Assembly: GCA_026989875.1 (NCBI GenBank)
Contig: JALSIP010000051.1
Span: forward strand, 1,161-65,160
Length of the DNA: 64,000 nt
Direction of reading: 5' to 3'
Source of the DNA: an archaeon
GTDB lineage: Archaea; Hydrothermarchaeota; Hydrothermarchaeia; Hydrothermarchaeales; BMS3B
Notes under the pieces: model-generated
What the model was told of the DNA's origin: nothing
Seen by the model: only the letters and a program-made list of their open reading frames with translations
Database searches by the model: none
In this document: in pieces, positions 26,347 through 34,132 of the stretch
Numbering within the stretch: position 1 is the first letter of the stretch
Layout of the letters: every line of letters starts with the position of its first letter
Translations under genes and position numbers: made by a program

Positions 26347-27517
26347 GTGGGAGTTCTGGTGCACTGTGAGGAGGAAGGAGTACATCCTCGCCACGGTGCT
26401 GACACCCATATTCGCACTCCTCGTGTTTTCGCTGCCATCACTGCTGGTGGAGCACGGAGGTGGCGTGTACACGGTGGGGTATGTGGACCGCACCGGAATG
26501 TTTGAGCTCCCCGGGAGCGCCAGCTCTGGCATGGCAGGCAGGAGCGGCGAGAGCTACGTGTTTGTGAGGTACAGCAGCGAGCAGGAGGCTGAGCGTGAGC
26601 TGCTGGCGGGTGAGCTCAGCATGTACATGGTGATTCCCGAGGACTACATGGAAACCGGGAGGGTTGAGGTGTACACCACCAGGACACTGCCGCTGCTGCC
26701 TGTGGATGTGATTTCACAGAGCCTGGTGAGGCAGATGCTTGAGGGCAGGGTGGAGGATGAACGGCTGGTGGAGAGGGCGAGCAAGCCGGTGGAGCTGAGG
26801 GTGTACAGGCTGGATGAGAGGGGGGAGAGCAGAATGAATCTCGCCTCCTACATGGCTCCGGTAGCCACGGGGATGCTGCTGATGTTGGCGCTGGTTATCT
26901 CTTCTGGCTTCCTGGTGCACAGCATGAATGAGGAGAGGGAGAGCAGAATGCTGGAGGTGCTGCTGTCTTCAGCTTCTGCAGAGCAGGTGGTGGCAGGGAA
27001 GCTGCTGGGACTTGGCAGCGCGGGGCTGCTGCAGATGCTCGCATGGCTGGGCATGCTCTTACCTGTAGCAATAGTGCTTGCGGCTGAGGTTGAGCCTCAG
27101 ATGCTGCTGCTCGTGCTGGGATACTTCCTGCTGGGTTTCCTGCTGTACGCCTCAATAATGCTGGGCGTGGGCGCGGTGTGCTCCTCGCCAAGGGAGGCAC
27201 AGCAGCTCATGGGCGTGCTGGTGCTCAGCGCGGTGCTGCCCTTAGCCTTCGGGTTTATAATCTTCCAGAACACAGAAAGCACAGCCGCCAGAGCGGTGTC
27301 ACTTTTCCCGCTCACAGCACCCGTGAGCATGGTGTACCGCAGCTCCATGGGAGGCGTGCCCCCGGGTGAGCTGGTGCTCAGTGCGGTGCTGCTCCTCGCC
27401 TCCGCAGCGCTCACGCTGAAGCTCTCGGCAAGGCTGCTTATGGCGGGAATGCTGATGCGGGGCAAGGGCATGACAGAGGTGCTGAAGAGCCTGCTGACTC
27501 CGAAAGATTTATATTAA
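26300..27517 (+). CDS. ABC-2 family transporter permease
   Basis: 405 aa with an N-terminal TM, a large extracytoplasmic loop and five C-terminal TM segments. ABC-2/NatB-like topology. It is downstream of the ATPase. The start may be 26324. Confidence 0.75.
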   Translation: MSEWWRRMRGALVVAKWEFWCTVRRKEYILATVLTPIFALLVFSLPSLLVEHGGGVYTVGYVDRTGMFELPGSASSGMAGRSGESYVFVRYSSEQEAERELLAGELSMYMVIPEDYMETGRVEVYTTRTLPLLPVDVISQSLVRQMLEGRVEDERLVERASKPVELRVYRLDERGESRMNLASYMAPVATGMLLMLALVISSGFLVHSMNEERESRMLEVLLSSASAEQVVAGKLLGLGSAGLLQMLAWLGMLLPVAIVLAAEVEPQMLLLVLGYFLLGFLLYASIMLGVGAVCSSPREAQQLMGVLVLSAVLPLAFGFIIFQNTESTAARAVSLFPLTAPVSMVYRSSMGGVPPGELVLSAVLLLASAALTLKLSARLLMAGMLMRGKGMTEVLKSLLTPKDLY

Positions 27518-27542
27518 TGATAAATCATGATAAATCCTGACG

Positions 27543-29024
27543 GTGGTTCTGATGAAGCTTCCGCAGGCATTGCTCAGGTGCAGTGTTGAGCCTCTCATAG
27601 AGGAGAGCAACCTGGTGAGAGAGGCTAAGCAGGTTAAGTCGCTGGCTTACGTGGCGCTGCCGTGTCAGATGCAGGCTGTGAGAAAGGCGCAGCTCATGCT
27701 GCACAGAACACGCCAGGAGTGGCCCAGAAAGGTTAAGCTGGTAATCGGGCTGTTCTGCGCGGAGAGCTTCCCCTATGAGGAGCTGGTGAAGGTTGTGGAG
27801 AGCAAGGGGCTCAGCATGGACAGGATACGAAAGTGGGACATAAAGGGCAAGCTTCTGGGGTATCATGAGGAGGGCGTGCTCAAGATATCCCTGAAGGAGG
27901 CGAAGAAGTTTGCCAGAAGCAACTGCAGGTACTGCACCGACTACACCGCGGAGCTTGCTGACGTGAGCATAGGCGCGGTGGGCTCTGCTAAGGGCTGGAA
28001 CACGGTGATTGTGAGAACCCTGAGGGGGCTGAAGGCTGTCAGGGGCGCCATTGAGGCAGGTTATCTGGAGGTCAGGGAGCCTGACCTGGAGGGCGAGCGC
28101 GGGATACCGCTGCTGCGCAAGCTTGCCAAGCGCAAGCTCAGCACGGCAAAGAAGAACAGGGGCAAGGCTGAGGAGAAGGGCATGCGTGTCATGCACTTAG
28201 AGACCATGCACGAGAGAGACCTGAAGAAGCTTGAGGAGATGACAACAAAGGAGCACCGCATTGATGAGCTCCTCAGGGATGTGGTTGAGCCGGGGCTGTG
28301 CGTTACCTGCGGCGTCTGCGAGGCGGTTTGTGCGGAGAGCATCATAAAGATAGGTGAGGATGGCATGCCCCGCAAGCTCAGGGACTGCGAGTCCACGGAC
28401 TGCGGCAGGTGCTATGCCCTGTGCCCGAGGACCACGCTGCCCGCAGATGCGATTGAGGAGGAGCTCTTCGGAATCAGGAGGGTCAGCTACGAGGCAAGGG
28501 TGCTGGGGCAGTTCATAGAGATTCTGTCCTGCAGGGCTGGCAGGGAGGCTATCAGGAAGGTGGGGCAGGACGGCGGCGCTACAACGGCGCTGCTCGCATA
28601 CCTGCTGGATACCGGAGAGGTAGATGCAGCGGTGAGCGTCACTCAGGGGGAGAAGCCCTGGTATCCGGTGAGCTTTATCTCAACCACCAGCGGAGATGTG
28701 CTGAGATGCGCGGGCACAATTTACAGCACCGCCCCCACCATAGTGGCTGTGAAGCGTGCCCTGAGCCAGCACGAGGACTTCAGGAGGTACCTGAACTTCC
28801 TGCGTGAGAGGGGGCTGCTGCCGGAGCTGGAGCTGGTGGAGAGGCTGGCGAAGCCGCCGCTGGCTGCAGAGACGGCGCAGGTGGATGAGGAGGAGCTGAT
28901 GGCAAGAAGAAGAAAGGTTGAGGCGGCGATTGAGAGGCTGGCAAAGCCGGCGGTGAAGATGATGGTTGAGCAGGGCAAGGCTGAGAGGGCGGTTGAGCTG
29001 GTGGTGAAGGAGGGCGATGCATGA
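27543..29024 (+). CDS. F420-binding FrhB/FpoF-family oxidoreductase with circularly permuted domain order (FrhB_C - 2x[4Fe-4S] - FrhB_N)
   Basis: aa 35-170 carry the FrhB C-domain motifs (ALPCQMQAVRK...GLFC...C.YC.DYTAELADVSIGAVGS...TVIVRT). The middle region has CVTCGVCEAVC and C....CGRCYALCP. aa 330-400 carry the FrhB N-domain motif GQDGGATTALLAYLLDTGEVDAAV. The gene has its own TATA at 27508-27515. Confidence 0.7.
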   Translation: MVLMKLPQALLRCSVEPLIEESNLVREAKQVKSLAYVALPCQMQAVRKAQLMLHRTRQEWPRKVKLVIGLFCAESFPYEELVKVVESKGLSMDRIRKWDIKGKLLGYHEEGVLKISLKEAKKFARSNCRYCTDYTAELADVSIGAVGSAKGWNTVIVRTLRGLKAVRGAIEAGYLEVREPDLEGERGIPLLRKLAKRKLSTAKKNRGKAEEKGMRVMHLETMHERDLKKLEEMTTKEHRIDELLRDVVEPGLCVTCGVCEAVCAESIIKIGEDGMPRKLRDCESTDCGRCYALCPRTTLPADAIEEELFGIRRVSYEARVLGQFIEILSCRAGREAIRKVGQDGGATTALLAYLLDTGEVDAAVSVTQGEKPWYPVSFISTTSGDVLRCAGTIYSTAPTIVAVKRALSQHEDFRRYLNFLRERGLLPELELVERLAKPPLAAETAQVDEEELMARRRKVEAAIERLAKPAVKMMVEQGKAERAVELVVKEGDA

Positions 29025-29821
29025 GGCTGGGTGTGCTGAAGACAGGGAACATAGCCACGTCTCTGGTGCTGGAGCTGCTGCTGGATGAGCGCGCCGACAG
29101 GGAGCTGGAGGTGGATGTTTTTTCCACAGGCGCAAAGATGAGCCCGAAGGATGCTGAGAGGCTGCTGTCCTCGGTGAGGCTTGACAGCTACGCTCTGGTG
29201 GTTTATGTTACTCCAAACCCGGCAACTCCGGGACCGAAGAGGGTTATTGAGGCGCTGGCTGGAAGAAGAGCGGTGGTAATAGGGGATGCGCCGGGGATGA
29301 AGCTCAGGGACTGGCTGGAGGAGCTGGGGCTGGGGTACATCTTCGTGAAGGCGGACGCGATGATAGGCGCGAGGCGGGAGTTCCTGGACCCGAATGAGAT
29401 GGTGCTCTTCAACTCGGACATGCTCAGGGTGCTGGCGGTAACGGGCGCACTGAGGGTTGTGCAGGAGGAGATTGACAGAGCCATTGAGAGCAGCGATTAC
29501 CTGCCACGAGTGGTGGTGGATGCAGAGCTTGCGGCTGAGGCGGCTGGCTTCACCAGCCCCTACGCCAGAGCTAAGGCGATTGCCGCGTACAGGGCGTGCT
29601 CCTTAGTGGCTGAACTGAACACCTCCGCCTGCTTTGGCATGAAGGAGATGGAGAGGTATGTGCAGACCTGCGCTGCCGCCCACGAGCTGCTGCACTCCCT
29701 TGCGGAGATGTGCGATGAGGCGCTGGAGATGGAGAAGCACCAGGATTCGCTGCTCAGAACACCCCACGCCAGGGACGGCAGGAGGCTTAGAAAGCGCAGG
29801 CTGATGGAGAAGCCGGGGTGA
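29021..29821 (+). CDS. mtd: F420-dependent methylene-tetrahydromethanopterin dehydrogenase
   Basis: Strong Mtd signature throughout (GNIATS..LELLLDERADR, TPNPATPGPK, VVIGDAPGMKLRD, GLGYIFVKADAMIGARREFLDPNEM, LRTPHARDG). 266 aa. Confidence 0.9.
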   Translation: MRLGVLKTGNIATSLVLELLLDERADRELEVDVFSTGAKMSPKDAERLLSSVRLDSYALVVYVTPNPATPGPKRVIEALAGRRAVVIGDAPGMKLRDWLEELGLGYIFVKADAMIGARREFLDPNEMVLFNSDMLRVLAVTGALRVVQEEIDRAIESSDYLPRVVVDAELAAEAAGFTSPYARAKAIAAYRACSLVAELNTSACFGMKEMERYVQTCAAAHELLHSLAEMCDEALEMEKHQDSLLRTPHARDGRRLRKRRLMEKPG

Positions 29822-30576
29822 TGCTGACCTTCTCCCTTCCGCTGCCCGCAGGCACCTGCGATGCCTGCGGCGCATGCGTGTATGCCTGTCCGGAAGGCGC
29901 TGTTACGCTGGATGAGAGGCACAGGCTGAGGGTGGAGCATGAGAGGTGCACCCGCTGCCTCAGGTGCGTTGAAGCATGCAGGGACAGGGAGGCGCTCAGG
30001 CCCGAGCTGCACGGCTACCTGCCTGGCTTTGACTGCTCGGAGTGCGGCTATGAGGACTGCGAGAGCTTTGCCGAGGGTGTGACTCAAGCGGAAGAGCTGC
30101 GGAGGTGCCCCCACCTCGGCGGGAGGATGCGCAGGGCGCTGGAGCTGATTCTCAGGAGCGAGCTACTGCCGGAGGTCAGGGTGAGCGACAGCCAGCTTCC
30201 AACGCCTCACGGCGTGTTTCCCGTGGGGAGCCCCGGGAAGCGTTCGCCTGTAATTGCCACCTCCGACTACCTGCACACGGTTATGACGCTCACTGCAGCG
30301 CTTGAGCACTGCAGCATAGACGCTTACTTAGCGGTGGTGCCGGCTGAGGGGTACTGCATGAGGCTTGCGGTTACCCTGGGAACGCTGAGGCTTGAGAGGC
30401 TGCCCGAGATTCTGAGGGAGGTGGAGCACAGGGTTGAGCACAGGGTGGTGATTCTGCCCAGGGCGGTGGAGACAAGACGGGCTGGCAGCTGGAGGGTGGT
30501 GCATGCCCCGAGCAGGGCTGAGGAGCTCCCGGCGTTTCTCTTAGCCTTTTCCAGGGCTTACGGGCTGAGGGTCTGA
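29818..30576 (+). CDS. iron-sulfur protein: 2x[4Fe-4S] ferredoxin + RnfB-N-type Fe-S domain (CxxCGxxxCxxFAE) + uncharacterised C-terminal domain
   Basis: CDACGACVYACP and CTRCLRCVEAC, then DCSECGYEDCESFAEG (PF04060-like). The C-terminal ~130 aa have no recognised homolog. ATGA overlap with mtd. Confidence 0.6.
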   Translation: MMLTFSLPLPAGTCDACGACVYACPEGAVTLDERHRLRVEHERCTRCLRCVEACRDREALRPELHGYLPGFDCSECGYEDCESFAEGVTQAEELRRCPHLGGRMRRALELILRSELLPEVRVSDSQLPTPHGVFPVGSPGKRSPVIATSDYLHTVMTLTAALEHCSIDAYLAVVPAEGYCMRLAVTLGTLRLERLPEILREVEHRVEHRVVILPRAVETRRAGSWRVVHAPSRAEELPAFLLAFSRAYGLRV

Positions 30577-31109
30577 GCTATGTGCTCTGCAAGTGCACCG
30601 AAGCTCCTGCTCCAGTCAGATACCGCAAGCCTCTCCTGCGGGCTCATCTGTGCAAGACTCTTGGAGCTGCCGAGGGGCACGAACAGGGTATCAAGCCAGT
30701 GCTCCGAGCTCCCCACGGGGCGCTCCGCTATGGTGCCGTGAAGCTCGCCCGTGAATATCTTCACCTCCCCGGCAATGCGCACACCTATGGCTGAGCGGAA
30801 GTACGCCTGCTTGGGAAGGGGGGCGAGAAGGCGCAGCAGGTGGCGTGGCTTCAGCACCTGCTGAATGTAGGCGGTGATGGTGCCGGGGAAGCCGCTCAGG
30901 GCGGGAATGAACAGCCCCGAGTCTTCGGCTACTGCGGGCTCGTGAGCGGCAGAGGCTAAGGCATGGCGCACAACCTGCTCGCAGGTGCGTGCCTGAATCT
31001 CGGGTGCTGGCTCTTCCTGAACAATCTCGCACTCTGCTCCTTTCTCTGCAAGCAGAGTGTGCAGCAGCTCTATCTTGCGGGGGTTGCGGGTGTAGAAGTG
31101 GAGCCTCAT
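30558..31109 (-). CDS. non-canonical purine NTP pyrophosphatase (Ham1/ITPase family)
   Basis: N-terminal MRLHFYTRNPRKIEL, EDSGL and FVP motifs of the Ham1/RdgB family. 183 aa. Confidence 0.75.
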   Translation of the reverse strand: MRLHFYTRNPRKIELLHTLLAEKGAECEIVQEEPAPEIQARTCEQVVRHALASAAHEPAVAEDSGLFIPALSGFPGTITAYIQQVLKPRHLLRLLAPLPKQAYFRSAIGVRIAGEVKIFTGELHGTIAERPVGSSEHWLDTLFVPLGSSKSLAQMSPQERLAVSDWSRSFGALAEHIAQTLSP

Positions 31110-31112
31110 CGG

Positions 31113-31646
31113 CTAAAGCACACCTGCCCTGAGGTACATGCCTATTCCTGTGAGCACCGCAAGCACGTAGCTTGCTATACCAAGAATACCTGTCAGAATG
31201 TGGAGCTGCTCGCTCCTGCCCGTGCCGTGCCTGAAGAATCTACCCCTGTTGAGCATGCCCCACAGGAAAGAGGCGGTGAGCAGCAGCGTGGAGAGGGTGA
31301 TGAAGATGACGTGGGGCACGAGCAAGCCGGTGGCTCTGAAGGCTTCCCTGCCCCCGGCTATCTCCAGGGCTATGCCTCGCTCGTAGCCGTAGTACAGCGC
31401 AAGGGCGAGGAGGAAGAGCAGGTAGGCGGCATACATGAGCTGTGGGTGCCTGCTGGGCAGCCTTGCGGGCGAGCGCATGGAAATCATACCATCCACGGCG
31501 CCGGCTATGAAGAGAACCATGGCTGCAAGCAGGATGTAGGGGTGGTAGAGCATGCGATATAGTGGTGCCGCGTGATTTATAAAGGATGCGGTGGCGCAGG
31601 GGGTGCTCTGCAAAGGCTTATATAGCGTGGTGAGGAAAGTCAGCAC
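31113..31646 (-). CDS. small polytopic membrane protein, possibly DUF420-like (cytochrome-oxidase-associated)
   Basis: Four predicted TM segments in about 140-177 aa. It is divergent from the cbb3 oxidase genes. The family assignment is tentative. Confidence 0.35.
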   Translation of the reverse strand: MLTFLTTLYKPLQSTPCATASFINHAAPLYRMLYHPYILLAAMVLFIAGAVDGMISMRSPARLPSRHPQLMYAAYLLFLLALALYYGYERGIALEIAGGREAFRATGLLVPHVIFITLSTLLLTASFLWGMLNRGRFFRHGTGRSEQLHILTGILGIASYVLAVLTGIGMYLRAGVL

Positions 31647-31741
31647 TGCAAGGAGGGAGGTGGCTGAGGCGCAGCACTGCCGCAGGGTGGCTCTTCATCT
31701 CCGCTGCAGCCTGGCTCGGCATAGCGGTCACCTTAGCTCTG

Positions 31742-33025
31742 GTGCTGGCGGTGAAGTTTGTTTACCCTGACTTTCTCTCAGGCTATGCCTGGCTGCAGTT
31801 CGGCAGGCTTCGCCCGGTGCACGTCACCTTAGCTGCCTTCGGCTGGCTCTCCATGGTGCAGGTGGCAATGGCTTACTACGCCGTGCCCCGCCTTGCTAAG
31901 CGGGAGCTGTACAGCGAGAGGCTTGCAAGGCTGAGCGTGCTCCTCTGGAACCTCTTCATCCTCCTCGCCGCCGCAACGCTTCTTGCAGGAATGACGCAGG
32001 GCAGGGAGTATGCAGAGCTTGTCTATCCCCTTGACCTGCTCTTCCTGCTGCTTCTGGGCGTGGTTGCCTACAACCTGGTGCGCACGGTTCTGGCAAGGAG
32101 GGAGGAGAAGCTCTACGTCAGCCTCTGGTACTTCCTGGCGGCGCTGGTGTGGATGCCGGTGGTTTACTTTGTGGGCAACGCCATGTGGGCTGGAGGAGCG
32201 CTCTACGGTGTTAACGACGCCATAGTCAACTGGTTCTACGGGCACAACATCTTAGGGCTGTGGTTCACGCCCCTCGGCGTGGGTGCTGCCTACTACCTGC
32301 TGCCGAAGCTGGTGAGGAAGCCCCTCTACAGCCACAGGCTATCGCTTCTGGGCTTCTGGACGCTGGGGCTCTTCTACCCCTGGGTGGGTACCCACCACCT
32401 GATTTTCGGTCCCGTACCCGTGTGGGCGCAGACGGTTGCAATTGCCGCAAGCGTTGCCATGCTTCTGCCCGTGCTGGCGGTGACGGTGAACTTCTGGAAG
32501 ACCATTGAGGGCAGGTGGCACCTGCTCTCGCAGGCGGAGCAGGGCAGGCGCTTTGCCCAGAGCGACTGCACAGCTTTAAAGTTTCTGGTGCTGGGAGGAG
32601 TGTGGTACCTGCTCACCTGCCTGCAGGGTCCCTTCCAGGCGCTAAGGGCTGTGCAGCCGTATGTGCACTTCACCAACTGGGTTGTGGCACATGCCCACCT
32701 TGCCCTTCTTGGAGCCTTCAGCTTCTGGGGGTTTGCGTGCATCTACTACGTCATGCCCAGGCTGACCGGTAAAGAGCTCAGCCCGCGGCTTGCAAGGGCT
32801 CACTTCTACCTGCTCACCCTCGGCTTGAGCGGCTTCGTGGCGAGCCTCACCATAGCGGGGCTGATTCAGGGTAGCTCGTGGCAGGCGGGTGTGGCTTTCG
32901 TGAAGGTGGTGGCGGCGCTTAAGCCCTACCTAATCGTAAGGCTTGCCTCGGCGGCGCTCATGGTAGCCTCGGTTTATCTCTTCCTGTACGCCTTCTTCAG
33001 CTCGCTGCGGGGGGTGCAGAGGTGA
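31742..33025 (+). CDS. ccoN: cbb3-type (C-family) heme-copper oxidase catalytic subunit CcoN
   Basis: Ligand patterns are R..H...AAFGW (heme b His), WFYGHN (CuB His), GTHHLIFGP (CuB HH) and VVAHAHLALLG (heme b3/b His). Only 427 aa from the first canonical start. An in-frame upstream hydrophobic segment (31634-31741) would supply TM1. Confidence 0.8.
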   Translation: MLAVKFVYPDFLSGYAWLQFGRLRPVHVTLAAFGWLSMVQVAMAYYAVPRLAKRELYSERLARLSVLLWNLFILLAAATLLAGMTQGREYAELVYPLDLLFLLLLGVVAYNLVRTVLARREEKLYVSLWYFLAALVWMPVVYFVGNAMWAGGALYGVNDAIVNWFYGHNILGLWFTPLGVGAAYYLLPKLVRKPLYSHRLSLLGFWTLGLFYPWVGTHHLIFGPVPVWAQTVAIAASVAMLLPVLAVTVNFWKTIEGRWHLLSQAEQGRRFAQSDCTALKFLVLGGVWYLLTCLQGPFQALRAVQPYVHFTNWVVAHAHLALLGAFSFWGFACIYYVMPRLTGKELSPRLARAHFYLLTLGLSGFVASLTIAGLIQGSSWQAGVAFVKVVAALKPYLIVRLASAALMVASVYLFLYAFFSSLRGVQR

Positions 33026-33897
33026 GGGCGCTGAGCATAGCCGCTGGAGTGGCGGCGCTGGTGCTTGCCGCGATTGCCGTTACGGTGCTTTTACCCATGG
33101 GCGACCCCTCGCTGTACCAGCCGTCTCCAGGGGTGAAGCCCCTTAATGAGCTGGAGGAGATGGGAAGGCAGGTGTACATCCGGGAGGGATGCTGGTACTG
33201 CCACACCCAGCAGGTGCGCAACCTGAGCATGGATGTGCAGTACTACGGCAGGGTTTCCTCTCCCGGCGAGTACGCCTATGATTCGCCGGTGCTCCTGGGC
33301 ACGGAGCGCACAGGTCCTGATCTGGCGAGGATTGGCGGGGTTTACACCGACGACTGGCACTTAGCGCACTTCATCAACCCCCGCTACGTGGTGCCAGCTT
33401 CTATAATGCCCAGCTTCTCCTACCTGAGCGATGATGAGCTGGAGGCGCTTATCGCCTACGTGCAGAGCCTGGGCGGTGAGGAGGCGAGGAGAAAGGCTGA
33501 GATGCAGCGCAGGATGAAGCAGGCGATGCTGGAGGCGCAGCGCTTGGGCATAGAAGAGGAGATGATGCAGGCGAGGGTGCCGGCGAGCTACAGGGGGCTT
33601 GAGAATCCGCTGGCAGGCAGAGAGGCGGTGCTTGTGGGGAAGAGGCTGTTCGCCTTCTACTGCAGAGGCTGCCACGGCAGCGCTGGCGCTGGAGATGGTC
33701 CTGCTGCGAGGTACCTTAACCCCAGGCCTGCCAACTTCACCAGCGCGGAGTTCATGGGTAGCGTGGAGGACGGCAGGCTCTACTACTCCATACTGAACGG
33801 TGTGCCGGGCACGGCGATGCACCCCTTTAAAGCCAGGCTGACGGAGCAGGAGGTGTGGAGCTTAGTAGCCTACCTGCGCACGCTTCAGGAGGAGTGA
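33022..33897 (+). CDS. ccoO: cbb3 oxidase cytochrome c subunit: CcoO-like mono-heme domain fused to a second c-type heme domain (CcoP-like)
   Basis: N-terminal TM; GRQVYIREGCWYCHTQ; CcoO signature GTERTGPDLARIGG.Y.D.WH. A second CRGCHG heme site sits in a C-terminal cytochrome c domain. Confidence 0.8.
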   Translation: MRALSIAAGVAALVLAAIAVTVLLPMGDPSLYQPSPGVKPLNELEEMGRQVYIREGCWYCHTQQVRNLSMDVQYYGRVSSPGEYAYDSPVLLGTERTGPDLARIGGVYTDDWHLAHFINPRYVVPASIMPSFSYLSDDELEALIAYVQSLGGEEARRKAEMQRRMKQAMLEAQRLGIEEEMMQARVPASYRGLENPLAGREAVLVGKRLFAFYCRGCHGSAGAGDGPAARYLNPRPANFTSAEFMGSVEDGRLYYSILNGVPGTAMHPFKARLTEQEVWSLVAYLRTLQEE

Positions 33898-33898
33898 G

Positions 33899-34033
33899 AT
33901 GGAGGGCTATGAAGCTGCGATAGCCGCGATGGTGCTCCTGAGTCTGGGCACGGCTCTGGCGCTGCTCTGGGCGGTGAGAGCAAAGCAGTTTGATGAGGAG
34001 CCCAAGTACAGGATGCTTGAGGATAAGGATTAA
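33899..34033 (+). CDS. ccoQ: small single-TM protein, CcoQ/FixQ-like (44 aa)
   Basis: MEGYEAAIAAMVLLSLGTALALLWAVRAKQFDEEPKYRMLEDKD. A strong SD, GGAGGAGTGA, lies 5 nt upstream. The start overlaps the ccoO stop. Not in the ORF track because it is under 60 aa. Confidence 0.5.
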   Translation: MEGYEAAIAAMVLLSLGTALALLWAVRAKQFDEEPKYRMLEDKD

Positions 34034-34132
34034 GTAGCAGGAAATAGTGGATGGGTGAAGGACCACACGCAGGGGGAGAGATTTGCCGGAAGCAATTGTT
34101 TTCAAATGTCACAGTTGTATAGTGGATAAACG

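Noticed and set aside
25426-26532. 368-aa minus-strand ORF
   Set aside because: It is fully antisense to the ABC ATPase/permease genes, which have clear Walker motifs. It is Pro/His-rich with no domain.
28680-29135. Pro/Ser/Ala-rich minus-strand ORFs (151, 85 and 115 aa)
   Set aside because: They are antisense to the 3' end of the FrhB-like gene and the start of mtd. The composition is low-complexity.
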